From a virus (taxonomy: Duplodnaviria; Heunggongvirae; Uroviricota; Caudoviricetes): a DNA stretch of 64,000 nt. The number at the start of each line of letters is the position of its first letter. Positions within the stretch are counted from its first letter, which is position 1. The translations under genes were made by a program, and so were the position numbers. Below, piece after piece: positions 1 through 10,475 of this stretch. A model generated the notes under the pieces. That model had not been told where the DNA came from, did no database searches, and saw only the letters and a program-made list of their open reading frames with translations. The stretch is taken from the IMG/VR virus record IMGVR_UViG_3300042400_000444. One strand, 5' to 3'.

Positions 1-1
1 G

Positions 2-286
2 ATGATTCCGGTGGACGCTGAATCAGCTATTGCTCAAGGTATCATTGAGCCAGTAGAAGTAGAAATAGTTGATGCAGTTGACGAAGAACGTGATCCAGAA
101 TATGTAAACAGCCCACGTGAACAAACTGCTGGCATCGATGCAGCTATTCCGAGTGGCAATGATTTACATGCTACTAAACGTGCTTACAAAATTGCACAGC
201 CGGGTGATAATCCGATGGCAGTTGCTGAAACAAAAGATACTAGCTGGAGCAAATACACTAGCTTGTTAAAAGGATTATTAAAATGA
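2..286 (+). CDS. hypothetical protein, 5'-truncated at window edge
   Basis: ORF open to the window start; acidic composition; same strand as neighbouring genes. Confidence 0.35.
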   Translation: MIPVDAESAIAQGIIEPVEVEIVDAVDEERDPEYVNSPREQTAGIDAAIPSGNDLHATKRAYKIAQPGDNPMAVAETKDTSWSKYTSLLKGLLK

Positions 287-648
287 GTTCAGATTTATTA
301 AAAAAATATGCAATGATTGTTGAAAGTAGTAATTACTTCAACAATCCTACTGTACCAGCTGATGAACAACTTCCTGCACCGCCAGAAGAAGTTAATCTAC
401 AACTTAACGAAGAAGATGACAACTATCATCTCAATGAGTTATTAGATCAACTCGAAGAAGCATTGGAACAAGCTGGTAACATCTGTAGAGAACTTGAGCG
501 TTCTGAACAGTTAGGTAGAGTTGTTCGTGCATACACTCGCCCATGGTTACAAGCATGGATTAGTGATAGCCATCAAATGGGTTCAGTATATTCAATGCGT
601 GAAACATTAGTAGACAATGCTAGCGATGAAGAAGACGGCGAATACTAA
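283..648 (+). CDS. hypothetical acidic protein
   Basis: 121-aa ORF; its ATG overlaps the upstream stop (ATGA); D/E-rich. Confidence 0.4.
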   Translation: MSSDLLKKYAMIVESSNYFNNPTVPADEQLPAPPEEVNLQLNEEDDNYHLNELLDQLEEALEQAGNICRELERSEQLGRVVRAYTRPWLQAWISDSHQMGSVYSMRETLVDNASDEEDGEY

Positions 649-649
649 A

Positions 650-994
650 ATGAAAACATTACGTGAATATATCGAGCAACTGACTGAACGTAGTCAAGTT
701 GACCCAGAAACACAAAATATGCTAACTATTGCAAAGGCAAAATACCCACAGGCCCAAGGCGATGATCTTAGTGCATTGGCTACATTAGTACGTAGATCAA
801 ACAAACATAGTATGGCCGATATTAAAACACTTGGTGCAGAAAATGATGCAGAAGAAGCCGACATCGACCAATTAGAAATTGAAAACAATGGCGAAGATAT
901 GGCAATTGATGCAAACAGTCACAAACTCGATACACTTGATAACGAATTAACTCAATTGCGTAAACAAATAGCTACACTAACAGGTAGACACTAG
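650..994 (+). CDS. small protein with a T4 internal-protein-like N-terminal capsid-targeting sequence (MKTLREYIEQ)
   Basis: An in-frame ATG at 650 gives MKTLREYIEQL, which resembles the T4 IP capsid-targeting sequence MKTYQEFIAE. The six-frame ORF begins at 617. Confidence 0.4.
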   Translation: MKTLREYIEQLTERSQVDPETQNMLTIAKAKYPQAQGDDLSALATLVRRSNKHSMADIKTLGAENDAEEADIDQLEIENNGEDMAIDANSHKLDTLDNELTQLRKQIATLTGRH

Positions 995-1380
995 TGAAAA
1001 TTAATGAAATAATCACCGAAGGTTATGCTGGTGCAATACCCGATAATGCTAAAAACTCAAATACAGGTGAGTGGAAATTCCGTGACAAAGGTGGGTACGA
1101 TCGTACTTACAATTTAAATCGTGTAATGATGGCAGCTGCAATGTCAGATGGTTCTGGTAAACCAGTTGAAATGGACCAATCAAGTTGGGTCGAGAAGTTT
1201 AACCTTGCTCGCCCATATACAGAAGCAGAACACGGCATGATGAAATCTGCTATGAAAACAGTAGATAGCGAATACGAAGAAACTGAAAAAGATCATAAAA
1301 GTAAAGAAGATGATGATGTGCATAAAAACAGTTCAGTTCCGCACAATGCTGGTGCAAAGCGCAACAAGCCAAAGAACTAA
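994..1380 (+). CDS. internal-head-protein-like protein (N-terminus MKINEIITE)
   Basis: Shares the N-terminal MKINEI(I/L)xE with the ORFs at 55797 and 56250. Basic/acidic, low-complexity body. Confidence 0.45.
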   Translation: MKINEIITEGYAGAIPDNAKNSNTGEWKFRDKGGYDRTYNLNRVMMAAAMSDGSGKPVEMDQSSWVEKFNLARPYTEAEHGMMKSAMKTVDSEYEETEKDHKSKEDDDVHKNSSVPHNAGAKRNKPKN

Positions 1381-1562
1381 TGATCAAACAATATCGCATT
1401 AGAGCACAGGATTACACAGAGTCTTTAATACCTGATGCGATACTTGATGTAAACGACCCAGCATACACAATCGCAAGCGTAACAGATGTAAATCAACCGA
1501 TGACACTATCTAATTTTATAACAGCGCACAATATTAATACAACTCCATCACAAGATAAGTAA
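1380..1562 (+). CDS. hypothetical small protein
   Basis: 60-aa ORF; translationally coupled (ATGA overlap). Confidence 0.3.
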   Translation: MIKQYRIRAQDYTESLIPDAILDVNDPAYTIASVTDVNQPMTLSNFITAHNINTTPSQDK

Positions 1563-1566
1563 TAGT

Positions 1567-3129
1567 ATGGCTAAATCCTTAGAAGGCGTACTTGTAAAAC
1601 GTGCGCACCAAACAGAAACATTTACTGAAGAACAAATCCTAGAATTCGCGCGGTGCGCCGACCCTATTACGGGTCCACAGTATTTTATGAGCCATTACTT
1701 TTACATACAGCATCCTACTAAAGGTCGTATGCTGTACCAACCGTTTGATTACCAAACGCGACTTATTGATACATACCACAACTATCGCTTTAGTATTTCG
1801 TTAATGCCACGACAAACGGGTAAGTCAACATCTGCTGCAGGTTACTTGTTATGGTATGCAATGTTTGTGCCAGATAGCACTATTCTAATTGCCGCACACA
1901 AATACACAGGTTCACAAGAAATTATGGCACGTATACGTTATGCATATGAATTATGTCCTGATTTTATACGTGCCGGCGCAACAAGTTACAACAAAGGTAG
2001 TATAGACTTTGAAAATGGTAGTAGAATTAACTCATCGACTACAACAGAAAATACCGGACGGGGTATGTCTATATCATTACTATACTGTGATGAGTTTGCA
2101 TTTGTACGCAGTACAATCGGTAGAGAATTCTGGACTTCTATTAGTCCTACACTAGCAACAGGTGGTAAATGTATTATCACATCAACTCCAAACTCAGACG
2201 AAGACCAATTTGCTACCTTATGGAAAGGAGCCAACAAATGCATTGATGAATTTGGCAATGCCACTGAACTTGGAGTTAATGGGTTTAAATCATTCCGTAG
2301 CTTTTGGCGTGAACATCCAGAACGAGATGATAAATGGGCAAACGAACAACGTAGTCAATTAGGCGATGAACGATTCCGTCGTGAAATGGATTGTGAATTT
2401 ATCATTTGGGACGAAACATTAATTAATCCCGGGCATTTAATTGAAATGTCTGGTATTGACCCAATTGAGCGCCAAGGGCAAATACGTTGGTATAAAAAGC
2501 CAAGCCCAGCAAACACATATCTTGTTGCATTAGACCCAAGTTTAGGCACAGGTGGTGACCCCGCCGCAATACAAATATTTGAATTGCCTAGCTTTATACA
2601 GGTAGGCGAATGGCAACACAATCGCACACCAATACAGCAACAGATTGGTATACTTAGAGAAATCACACGTTACCTAGCAGAAACAGTGCCAGTGAACAAT
2701 ATATACTATAGTATGGAAAACAATACAATTGGTGAAGCGGCACTAATAACAGTAGCAGAAATGGGCGAAGAAAATATCAAAGGAACATTTTTAAATGAAC
2801 CTAAGAGTATGGGTTCTGGCAGACGCTATCGCAAAGGATTTAACACCACAAACAAAAGCAAAATATCAGCTTGTTCTAAATTAAAAAATCTAATTGAAAC
2901 TAAGCGTATGACTATTGCTAGTAAGAACTTAATATCAGAATTAAAAACATTTGTTGCCAGTGGCTCTAGTTTCGCTGCAAAACCTGGTGAAACAGATGAC
3001 TTAGTAATGAGCTTGGTATTAATAGTACGTATGGCAATGCTATTACAAACCTATGATGCAACACTTGATAACGCTATGCGTGATACACTTGATGACTTTA
3101 TAGAACCTATGCCATTCATACTTTTCTGA
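1567..3129 (+). CDS. terminase large subunit (T4 gp17-like)
   Basis: 520 aa. Walker A-like PRQTGKSTS; C-terminal DDLVMSLVL matches the T4 gp17 HDDLVMSLV region; overall gp17-like architecture. Confidence 0.85.
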   Translation: MAKSLEGVLVKRAHQTETFTEEQILEFARCADPITGPQYFMSHYFYIQHPTKGRMLYQPFDYQTRLIDTYHNYRFSISLMPRQTGKSTSAAGYLLWYAMFVPDSTILIAAHKYTGSQEIMARIRYAYELCPDFIRAGATSYNKGSIDFENGSRINSSTTTENTGRGMSISLLYCDEFAFVRSTIGREFWTSISPTLATGGKCIITSTPNSDEDQFATLWKGANKCIDEFGNATELGVNGFKSFRSFWREHPERDDKWANEQRSQLGDERFRREMDCEFIIWDETLINPGHLIEMSGIDPIERQGQIRWYKKPSPANTYLVALDPSLGTGGDPAAIQIFELPSFIQVGEWQHNRTPIQQQIGILREITRYLAETVPVNNIYYSMENNTIGEAALITVAEMGEENIKGTFLNEPKSMGSGRRYRKGFNTTNKSKISACSKLKNLIETKRMTIASKNLISELKTFVASGSSFAAKPGETDDLVMSLVLIVRMAMLLQTYDATLDNAMRDTLDDFIEPMPFILF

Positions 3130-3195
3130 TAAATAATAGTGTAGTTCGCGATACTGAAATATCCAACTACTCTAACGCCATGGGAGGCATCAGCA

Positions 3196-3843
3196 ATGTT
3201 ATTTATTAATAACAAATATACACGTATATATTATAGCATTATATCTAATGCGCAACTAAGAATATTATCAAAAGAAACATATACAGAAACGCATCATATT
3301 ATACCAAAAAGCATAGGTGGTAGCAATCTAATAGATAATTTGGCTATACTAACCGCAAGAGAGCATTTTGTGTGTCATTGGTTACTTACTAAAATGGTAC
3401 ACGGCAAGCATCAAGAGTTAATGATATATGCCTTGAGAATGATGAATTGTACAGGCAAAAAGCAACAGCGATATAAAACATTAATAACAAGTAGAGTTTA
3501 TGCAAAGTTAAAGGCGCAATTTTCTATAATACACAGTAATAGAATTATTACCGATGAAGTCAGACATAATATGTCGGTTGGTCAAACAGGCAAAAAACAC
3601 TCGGATGCAACTAAGGCAAAATTTTCTAAAAATAGAATTGGCACTACATGGTCTGAAGAATCAAGACAAAAAATGCGTGGCCGGGTTATATCCGAAGAAA
3701 CCCGGCAGAAGCTACGAGATCGAATAGTATCTGACAAACAACGTGCGCAAGTAAGCGCAACACATAAAGGTAAAATAGTATCGGAAGAAACAAAACAAAA
3801 GATGCGAGAAGCCTATCAACGACGTAAGCAGGACAAAAGCTAA
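3196..3843 (+). CDS. HNH homing endonuclease with NUMOD3 repeats
   Basis: HHIIPKSIGGSN...DNLAILTAREH is an HNH motif. C-terminus has repeated xSEETKQKMR NUMOD3-like units. Inserted between terminase and the downstream gene. AT-rich. Confidence 0.75.
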   Translation: MLFINNKYTRIYYSIISNAQLRILSKETYTETHHIIPKSIGGSNLIDNLAILTAREHFVCHWLLTKMVHGKHQELMIYALRMMNCTGKKQQRYKTLITSRVYAKLKAQFSIIHSNRIITDEVRHNMSVGQTGKKHSDATKAKFSKNRIGTTWSEESRQKMRGRVISEETRQKLRDRIVSDKQRAQVSATHKGKIVSEETKQKMREAYQRRKQDKS

Positions 3844-3865
3844 ATAACATATAAGAGAAATATAT

Positions 3866-6004
3866 ATGAGAGAAATATCAAAAATATCCGACGCACTATT
3901 TGAAAAGATCCGTGATCGTTTTGAAGATGTTAGTTTAGGCGACGAAAACGCTAAAGCAACACAAAAGCCAGAAGATGCACGTTTCTTCAACTTTGATTAT
4001 ACAGTTGATGGCAACAGTCACGGCAACATAACAATTAGTGTTATTGACGAAAATTCACTTAAAGTATACTTTAGTAAAAACATCAGCAGTGATTTAGATC
4101 AAGAAGAAAAAGCAAAATGGTATGGCTTCTTAAGAGAGCTGCGTGAGTTTGCTAAACGTAATCTATTGAGCTTTGAGCCACGTGATATTACACGTAGCAC
4201 ACTAAAACACCGTGACTTACAACAAGTAAGCAACTCAGACAGTACATACACTAAAGATGAAGTAATTGGCGAAAGCAGATTACACGGTACAAGTCGTAGC
4301 AGTTACGAGCAAGACGGCGATGTAAAGATTATTGTACGTCATAGCGATAAAGTAGACCCAGAACAACGTGGTGCACGTAGTCGTAAAATTAAAGCTCTAT
4401 TCATTGAAACAGCAGACGGCGCACGTATTAAACTCCCACACAACAACTTAAAATACGCACGTGCAATGGCACAACACGTATCACAAGGTGGTGAAGCTGG
4501 TGATGATTTCGGTCAACATATTACTAAGATAGCAGAAGAATGTGGTAAACTACGTCCGTTCAAATCAGCAATGATACGTAGAACATTTGAAGATGCTGAA
4601 ACACAATCAATGGCAGAAGCCGCATTTGAATATCACGGCTTGCTAAACAATACACTTAAAAAAATGGGTGGACGTAAAGGTTATGCTGCTTGTAAAGAAA
4701 GTTTTATAGCAGATGATGTTTTAATGGATGAATTTGATGTCGATGCATTGCGTGAACGCTTTGTTAAACGATCATTCAATGATAGAATGGAAGAAGCACT
4801 ACCACTTGTACAAAAGGCATATAATATGAAAAAATCTAATAACTTCGCACAACAATTTGAAAGCTGGGCTAACACAATAAGTGAAGGCACATGGGCTATA
4901 CCAGACACAGAAGAACAAGTTTCTGAATTGACTGACTTGCTAATGGAACCACTTCCAGTAGGAGTTGATGCAACTAATGCAACTAATGCATTATATAATT
5001 TAATCGGCGATGATGTATTGTTTGATCGATTGGGTGACTTAGCAGATGAAGATTCAGAAGCTGATGCACGTGATGTGGTTATGGACTGGGTTCAAGAAAA
5101 CATGCCAGACATTTATCAACAAATTATGTCAGTGATTGGCGACGAAGAACCAGCTGATCAAACTGTAGAGCCAGAACTGGATGAAGGTACTGCTGGTGCA
5201 GTAGTGGGCGGAGTAGCTGGCGCGGTACTAGGCAAATCTCCACAAGCTGCAGGAATGGGCGCAAACGCAGGCAGTGCAATACAAGATGCAATAGCTGAAA
5301 ACTACGATGATGAAGAAAACAATAGCACTGATGCAGTGCAAGCGTCGATTATTCGTCGCATTATAAACTCACATAGCGATTTACTATCACAATACGGACC
5401 AGAAGCAATTACAAATGCATCAAGAGATGTTGCAGAATGGGTAGGCAAAGTTGAAGAAATTGGTAGCAGTGATGTTAGCGCATGGGTTAAAGAAGTTATT
5501 AACATGTGTGGCCACAATGACGAAATAGAATTTGAACGTGACCGCGATGAACCAGATCAAGACGTTGGTAGCGATATGCAGTTTGATCAAGATAGAGATG
5601 AAGATTTACCACAATGGGCAGAATGGCCAACTAAGAACGGTGAAATGGATGAAAGCAAAATGTCTGACATGGACATTGACGTTAGTGAATTAACAGATCA
5701 AGAATTTTTAGAAAAATACAATCACACTAAACAACAAGCAATGGACGGCGATTGGGAAAATCACTACGAACCAGAAACAATGCCAGAGCCAACTGATGAA
5801 TCAATTGGTGATGATTACGTAAACAAAGATGAAAAAATGAAACGTATGGGCGCAAAGCCATTAAGCACATTAGACAAAGTTAAAATCATGCCAAGCCAAA
5901 TGAAAGCAATGGCTAAAGGTGACGACGAAGGCGACTTAACAGCATACAACAAACAATTCAATGAAGCAATTGCACAAATGCGCAAAATCGCAGGCATAAA
6001 ATAG
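3866..6004 (+). CDS. large acidic hypothetical protein (712 aa); possible head/scaffold-associated, function unassigned
   Basis: Long ORF with RBS GAGAAATATATATG. Very D/E-rich C-terminal half. Followed by a rho-independent terminator. Confidence 0.6.
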   Translation: MREISKISDALFEKIRDRFEDVSLGDENAKATQKPEDARFFNFDYTVDGNSHGNITISVIDENSLKVYFSKNISSDLDQEEKAKWYGFLRELREFAKRNLLSFEPRDITRSTLKHRDLQQVSNSDSTYTKDEVIGESRLHGTSRSSYEQDGDVKIIVRHSDKVDPEQRGARSRKIKALFIETADGARIKLPHNNLKYARAMAQHVSQGGEAGDDFGQHITKIAEECGKLRPFKSAMIRRTFEDAETQSMAEAAFEYHGLLNNTLKKMGGRKGYAACKESFIADDVLMDEFDVDALRERFVKRSFNDRMEEALPLVQKAYNMKKSNNFAQQFESWANTISEGTWAIPDTEEQVSELTDLLMEPLPVGVDATNATNALYNLIGDDVLFDRLGDLADEDSEADARDVVMDWVQENMPDIYQQIMSVIGDEEPADQTVEPELDEGTAGAVVGGVAGAVLGKSPQAAGMGANAGSAIQDAIAENYDDEENNSTDAVQASIIRRIINSHSDLLSQYGPEAITNASRDVAEWVGKVEEIGSSDVSAWVKEVINMCGHNDEIEFERDRDEPDQDVGSDMQFDQDRDEDLPQWAEWPTKNGEMDESKMSDMDIDVSELTDQEFLEKYNHTKQQAMDGDWENHYEPETMPEPTDESIGDDYVNKDEKMKRMGAKPLSTLDKVKIMPSQMKAMAKGDDEGDLTAYNKQFNEAIAQMRKIAGIK

Positions 6005-6021
6005 TAATAAGCAGTTTTACC

Positions 6022-6050
6022 AAAAGGGCACTTTTTAGTGCCTTTTTGTT
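6022..6050 (+). terminator. rho-independent terminator
   Basis: AAAAGGGCAC-TTTTTA-GTGCCTTTTTGTTT hairpin plus T-run. Confidence 0.7.
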
Positions 6051-6078
6051 TGACTCTGCTATCAATATAACGTATTAT
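6050..6078 (+). promoter_or_regulatory. sigma70-type promoter upstream of gene 32
   Basis: TTGACT-N17-TATTAT. Confidence 0.5.
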
Positions 6079-6164
6079 TATTGTATAGGTGATAAATACT
6101 ATTGTAGGTAGCGGGAAGTTACTTATATTAAGACCAACTTAAAACAACAGGAGTAATACATATC

Positions 6165-7235
6165 ATGGCAACATCATTAGCAGAAATCAGAGCAAAGTTA
6201 CAAGCGCAAGACACACGTAGTTCAGGTAAATCATCCACAGGCGGCGGCGACAACGCAATCTACGCACACTGGAATATTGACGAAGGTGCTACAGCACGTA
6301 TCCGTTTCTTACCAGATGCAGATCCAAAAAACACATTCTTCTGGGTTGAACGTAATATGATCAACTTAGAATTCGCTGGCATCAAAGGTCAGACAGACAG
6401 TAAAAAAACAACAGTACAAGTACCGTGTGTTGAGATGTGGGGTGAATCATGCCCAATCTTAGCAGAAGTGCGTACATGGTTCAAAGACGCTTCATTAGAA
6501 GAAATGGGTCGTAAGTACTGGAAAAAGAAATCATATCTATTCCAAGGGTTTGTACGTGAAAACCCATTGAAAGATGATAAGACACCAGAAAATCCAATTC
6601 GTCGTTTCATTATCAGTCCACAAATTTTCAACTTGGTTAAATCGGCATTGATGGACCCAGAGCTAGAAAACTTGCCAACTGACTATGCAGGTGGCTTAGA
6701 TTTCACTGCAACTAAAACATCTAAAGGCGGTTATGCTGACTATAGTACTTCAAAATGGTCACGTAAAGAATCTGCATTAACTGTAGATGAAGCTGAAGCA
6801 ATTGAGAAACATGGTTTATACAACCTTGCTGACTTCTTGCCTAAACGCCCAAACGAAGCAGAGCTTAAAATCATGAAGGAAATGTTCGAAGCATCAGTTG
6901 ACGGACAACCATATGATGAAGAAAAATGGGGTGCGTACTTTAAACCACGCGGTTCATACACTTCAAATGCTCCAGCAACTACTACATCAAATGATGTAGC
7001 TGCGCAACCAGCAGACCGTGCAGTTGTTTCTGAGCATGTTGAAAGCACTCCGGCACAAAGTTCTGGTCAAGGCTATGTAGCACCTAACAGTGGTGCAGTA
7101 GCAACAGACGTTCCATTTGAAGCAGATGAAGTAGCAGTTAGTGCTCCAACAGCACCGGTTACTACTCCAGCAAGCGGTGGACAACGTGCTGAAGACATTT
7201 TAGCAATGATTCGCAATCGTCAAAAGACAGCTTAG
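6165..7235 (+). CDS. 32: single-stranded DNA-binding protein (T4 gp32-like)
   Basis: N-terminal region with the IRFLP motif and overall similarity to gp32. RBS AACAGGAG. Confidence 0.75.
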   Translation: MATSLAEIRAKLQAQDTRSSGKSSTGGGDNAIYAHWNIDEGATARIRFLPDADPKNTFFWVERNMINLEFAGIKGQTDSKKTTVQVPCVEMWGESCPILAEVRTWFKDASLEEMGRKYWKKKSYLFQGFVRENPLKDDKTPENPIRRFIISPQIFNLVKSALMDPELENLPTDYAGGLDFTATKTSKGGYADYSTSKWSRKESALTVDEAEAIEKHGLYNLADFLPKRPNEAELKIMKEMFEASVDGQPYDEEKWGAYFKPRGSYTSNAPATTTSNDVAAQPADRAVVSEHVESTPAQSSGQGYVAPNSGAVATDVPFEADEVAVSAPTAPVTTPASGGQRAEDILAMIRNRQKTA

Positions 7236-7289
7236 TAGTTAATGTATAATGGGGGCGCAATGCCCCCAATTCGATTAAAGGATAATTCT

Positions 7290-8357
7290 ATGGCTAAGCC
7301 ATTCGACGTAAGTAAATTTAGAAAGACCTTGACTAAGTCTATCGACGGGTTAGGATTTGGGTTCAATGACCCAACAGATTGGATTAGTACAGGCAATTAT
7401 GCACTTAACTATCTAATCAGTAGTGATTTCAACAAAGGTATCCCATTGGGTAAAGTAACAGTATTCGCTGGTGAGTCTGGTGCAGGTAAATCATACATCT
7501 GTTCAGGCAACGTTATCAAAAATGCACAAGATCAAGGAATCTACGTAGTACTTGTAGATAGTGAAAACGCATTGGATGAAAACTGGCTTAAAGCACTTGG
7601 TGTAGATACAGATGAAAGCAAGTTACTTAAACTAAGCATGTGTATGATTGATGATGTTGCTAAAACAATTAGTGAATTCATGAAAGAATACAAAACTCTC
7701 CCAGAAGATGGCAGACCAAAAGTGTTATTTGTAGTTGACTCGCTTGGTATGTTATTAACTCCAACAGATGTAAACCAGTTCGAAGCAGGTGAAATGAAAG
7801 GTGATATGGGTCGTAAACCTAAAGCACTTACATCACTGGTACGTAACTGCGTAAACATGTTTGGTAGTTACAACGTAGGGTTAATTTGTACAAATCACAC
7901 ATACGCATCACAAGATATGTTTGACCCAGATGATAAAATCAGTGGTGGACAAGGTTTCATCTACGCAAGTTCAATTGTTGTTGCTATGCGCAAACTTAAA
8001 CTTAAAACAGATGCAGACGGCAACAAGACTACAACTGTCAACGGTATACGTGCGGCATGTAAGATTATGAAAACACGTTATGCTAAACCATTTGAGTCAG
8101 TGCAAGTCGAAATTCCATATGATACTGGTATGAGCCCGTACAGTGGATTAACTGACTTAGCTGAAAAAGCTGGTATGTTAGTCAAAGACGGCAACAGACT
8201 TAAATTCACTACAAGTGCAGGTGAAGAAATCAAACAATTCCGTAAAGCATGGGAACATAACGAAGATGGTTGCTTAGACAAAGTTATGAATGATTTCGGC
8301 AAGGTTGCAGTTACGCTAAGTATTGATACAACAACTGATGAAGAGGAAGAAGCATAA
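7290..8357 (+). CDS. uvsX: UvsX recombinase (RecA-like)
   Basis: Walker A GESGAGKS. VDSLG / ICTNHTY motifs as in T4 UvsX. The start is refined to the ATG at 7290, which has RBS AAGGATAA; the six-frame ORF begins at 7242. Confidence 0.8.
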   Translation: MAKPFDVSKFRKTLTKSIDGLGFGFNDPTDWISTGNYALNYLISSDFNKGIPLGKVTVFAGESGAGKSYICSGNVIKNAQDQGIYVVLVDSENALDENWLKALGVDTDESKLLKLSMCMIDDVAKTISEFMKEYKTLPEDGRPKVLFVVDSLGMLLTPTDVNQFEAGEMKGDMGRKPKALTSLVRNCVNMFGSYNVGLICTNHTYASQDMFDPDDKISGGQGFIYASSIVVAMRKLKLKTDADGNKTTTVNGIRAACKIMKTRYAKPFESVQVEIPYDTGMSPYSGLTDLAEKAGMLVKDGNRLKFTTSAGEEIKQFRKAWEHNEDGCLDKVMNDFGKVAVTLSIDTTTDEEEEA

Positions 8358-8588
8358 ATGAGCAATAATGTATTAGGCTTACCAGAAACCACAATATTAA
8401 GTATATCACCTGATGATATTTTGCTAGTTCGGGTTAATAGTATTTACAATGTACAGCAATTAGAAGAACTTGGTAAGAACGTTAAGAACTTATTACCAAA
8501 AAACAAGGTGATGATTGTACCCAACGACATTGAGTTTTTAGTGATACCAGCCCAAGCCGATCTTATTATGGCAGGAGTAAAGAAATGA
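8358..8588 (+). CDS. hypothetical protein
   Basis: 76-aa ORF, ATGA-coupled. Confidence 0.35.
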   Translation: MSNNVLGLPETTILSISPDDILLVRVNSIYNVQQLEELGKNVKNLLPKNKVMIVPNDIEFLVIPAQADLIMAGVKK

Positions 8589-8815
8589 GCATTGATGTAG
8601 AAATCTTAAGTGAAATGTGGCTTACAGTTAAAGAGTATGTATCACAAAAAGACAGACAAGCAGTAGCAGATCATGTTATTAATGTTGTAGCAGACCACAG
8701 CATTACAGAAGCAGATCTGAAGAAGTTTGGCGGTACTGATGCGTATCTGCGACGAGCAGTTGAAGAATACTTAGGCGAAGAAGCTGAACCCGAAAACGAC
8801 TACGACGACGAGTAA
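8585..8815 (+). CDS. hypothetical acidic protein
   Basis: 76-aa ORF, coupled. Confidence 0.35.
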   Translation: MSIDVEILSEMWLTVKEYVSQKDRQAVADHVINVVADHSITEADLKKFGGTDAYLRRAVEEYLGEEAEPENDYDDE

Positions 8816-8817
8816 TT

Positions 8818-10020
8818 GTGTCAACCGTTATTAACATTGTACCCGACAATTTATCAAACAGAGACTATTACTGTTCGATGAAGTTTCGTATGCTGAAAGT
8901 GGATATCGAATCGGGTACTACTTATAATTGTCATGCGGCAACTCCTCATAAAATTGATTTTAATTGGTTACGTGCTCATCCAGGACAATTATTTAATTCG
9001 GAAATTAATATAACTGAACGTCGTATGATGTTAGAAAATCAACGTAATGCTAGTTGTGAACAAAATTGTTGGCCTGCTGAGGATATAAGTGCAATCAGTC
9101 CTCGGCTTTTGCAAGAAGGCACTAAAAAAACTCATACTGAAATAATAGCATCTCCTGAAATTTTAGATTTAACTATAGGTTCTAATTGTAATTTATCATG
9201 TTCATATTGCTGTAAAGAATTTAGTAGTTCGTGGCGTAATGATATTTTACAAAATGGCGATTATTTATTAACTGATGATAATAAACGATACAGTGTGAAT
9301 TCGACAGACAGAATTCTAAACAAACTTAGTTATAATAAAATTCATAATAGTAAATCAATACAATACTTGTACAATGAAATAACTTTATGGAGTGCAGATC
9401 TTAAACAACTTGTAATTACCGGTGGTGAACCATTTCTAGATAATACTTTATTAGATATCATTGACTCAGCCAAGTCAATTCCGATAATAGAAATTTATAC
9501 AGGACTAGGAGTCAATCCTTCGAGGTTTGCTCGAATACTAAAACAATTATCATTATTTAAAAATATCATATTAATTATAAGTGCCGAGGGAATAATGCAA
9601 TTTTTGGAATTTAATCGGTATGGGATTGACTGGGAAGAATTTAAACAAAAAATAGTTCAACTTGAAAATTCTGGAATTGACTTTAAATTTCAATCTACTA
9701 TTACTAATTTAACATTATTTGGATTTGCTGACTTTTATAAATATTTTAATCAACACCGAATCGAATTAAATTTTGCTTATCAACCCAACATGATGGCACC
9801 GTATGTACTTGATCCGGCAAGTAAACAAATAATTTTAGATACACTCCAAAAAATATTGCCAGAATCGGAATTTAAAAAAATACAAATGTCGATTAATCAA
9901 ACTCCAACTAACTTGCAGAGAATTAATATAAAAGAATTTTTAACGGAATTTACAAGACGTAGACCGGATATCAGCACAGATATCTTTCCAAAGTCATTTA
10001 TAAATTGGATCAATGAATAA
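8818..10020 (+). CDS. radical SAM enzyme (paralogue A)
   Basis: CNLSCSYC is a CxxxCxxC motif. GGEPFL glycine-rich SAM motif. N-terminal C..K..CH motif shared with the ORF at 24302. GTG start immediately after the upstream stop. Confidence 0.8.
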   Translation: MSTVINIVPDNLSNRDYYCSMKFRMLKVDIESGTTYNCHAATPHKIDFNWLRAHPGQLFNSEINITERRMMLENQRNASCEQNCWPAEDISAISPRLLQEGTKKTHTEIIASPEILDLTIGSNCNLSCSYCCKEFSSSWRNDILQNGDYLLTDDNKRYSVNSTDRILNKLSYNKIHNSKSIQYLYNEITLWSADLKQLVITGGEPFLDNTLLDIIDSAKSIPIIEIYTGLGVNPSRFARILKQLSLFKNIILIISAEGIMQFLEFNRYGIDWEEFKQKIVQLENSGIDFKFQSTITNLTLFGFADFYKYFNQHRIELNFAYQPNMMAPYVLDPASKQIILDTLQKILPESEFKKIQMSINQTPTNLQRINIKEFLTEFTRRRPDISTDIFPKSFINWINE

Positions 10021-10475
10021 TGTGGTATAACAAAGTAGTACAAAATATTGGCACGTTACCTGACTTTATTGACTTCTATAGCAACGAATTGGATCAAGCA
10101 AAACGTGAAGTTAAGGTATACGGCAATATTGAAAAAGGGCTAGCATCATTGCCCGGAGTTACAGAGCAACGGTTCAATCAGTTACAGGAGATTGAAGCAG
10201 TATTGAACTTTCTCAACATCAAACTTCGCAAAATCCGCCAAGACCACTACAAAAAGTATCTCGAAAGCTACGCACGTGCGTTAACTTCTCGCGATGCTGA
10301 AAAGTATGTCGATGGTGAAAGCGAAGTAATTGATATGGAAACTATTATCAACGAAGTCGCACTATTGCGCAACAAGTGGCTTGGCATCATGAAAGGGCTA
10401 GAAGCAAAATCATACATGATCGGACATATTGTTAGACTGCGTACAGCAGGAATGGAAGATGCAACAGTCAATTAA
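10020..10475 (+). CDS. uvsY: UvsY-like recombination mediator
   Basis: 151 aa. The C-terminal NKWLGIMKGLEAKSYMIGHIVRLR resembles T4 UvsY LQYWGILLDFCSGALDAIKSRGFAIKHIQDMR. Confidence 0.45.
   Translation: MWYNKVVQNIGTLPDFIDFYSNELDQAKREVKVYGNIEKGLASLPGVTEQRFNQLQEIEAVLNFLNIKLRKIRQDHYKKYLESYARALTSRDAEKYVDGESEVIDMETIINEVALLRNKWLGIMKGLEAKSYMIGHIVRLRTAGMEDATVN

Noticed and set aside
694-888. Minus-strand 64-aa ORF (and similar antisense ORFs at 1986-2264, 2355-2666, 3712-3990, 4681-4908, 5302-5517, 6389-7184, 7541-8392, etc.)
   Set aside because: Entirely embedded antisense within well-supported + strand genes. Low-complexity S/C/L-rich translations and no RBS. Typical shadow ORFs.
3866-6004. Calling the 712-aa protein the portal
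   Set aside because: Position after terminase is suggestive, but I could not recognise any portal-family motif. Its strongly acidic C-terminal half looks more like a scaffold or internal protein, so left unassigned.
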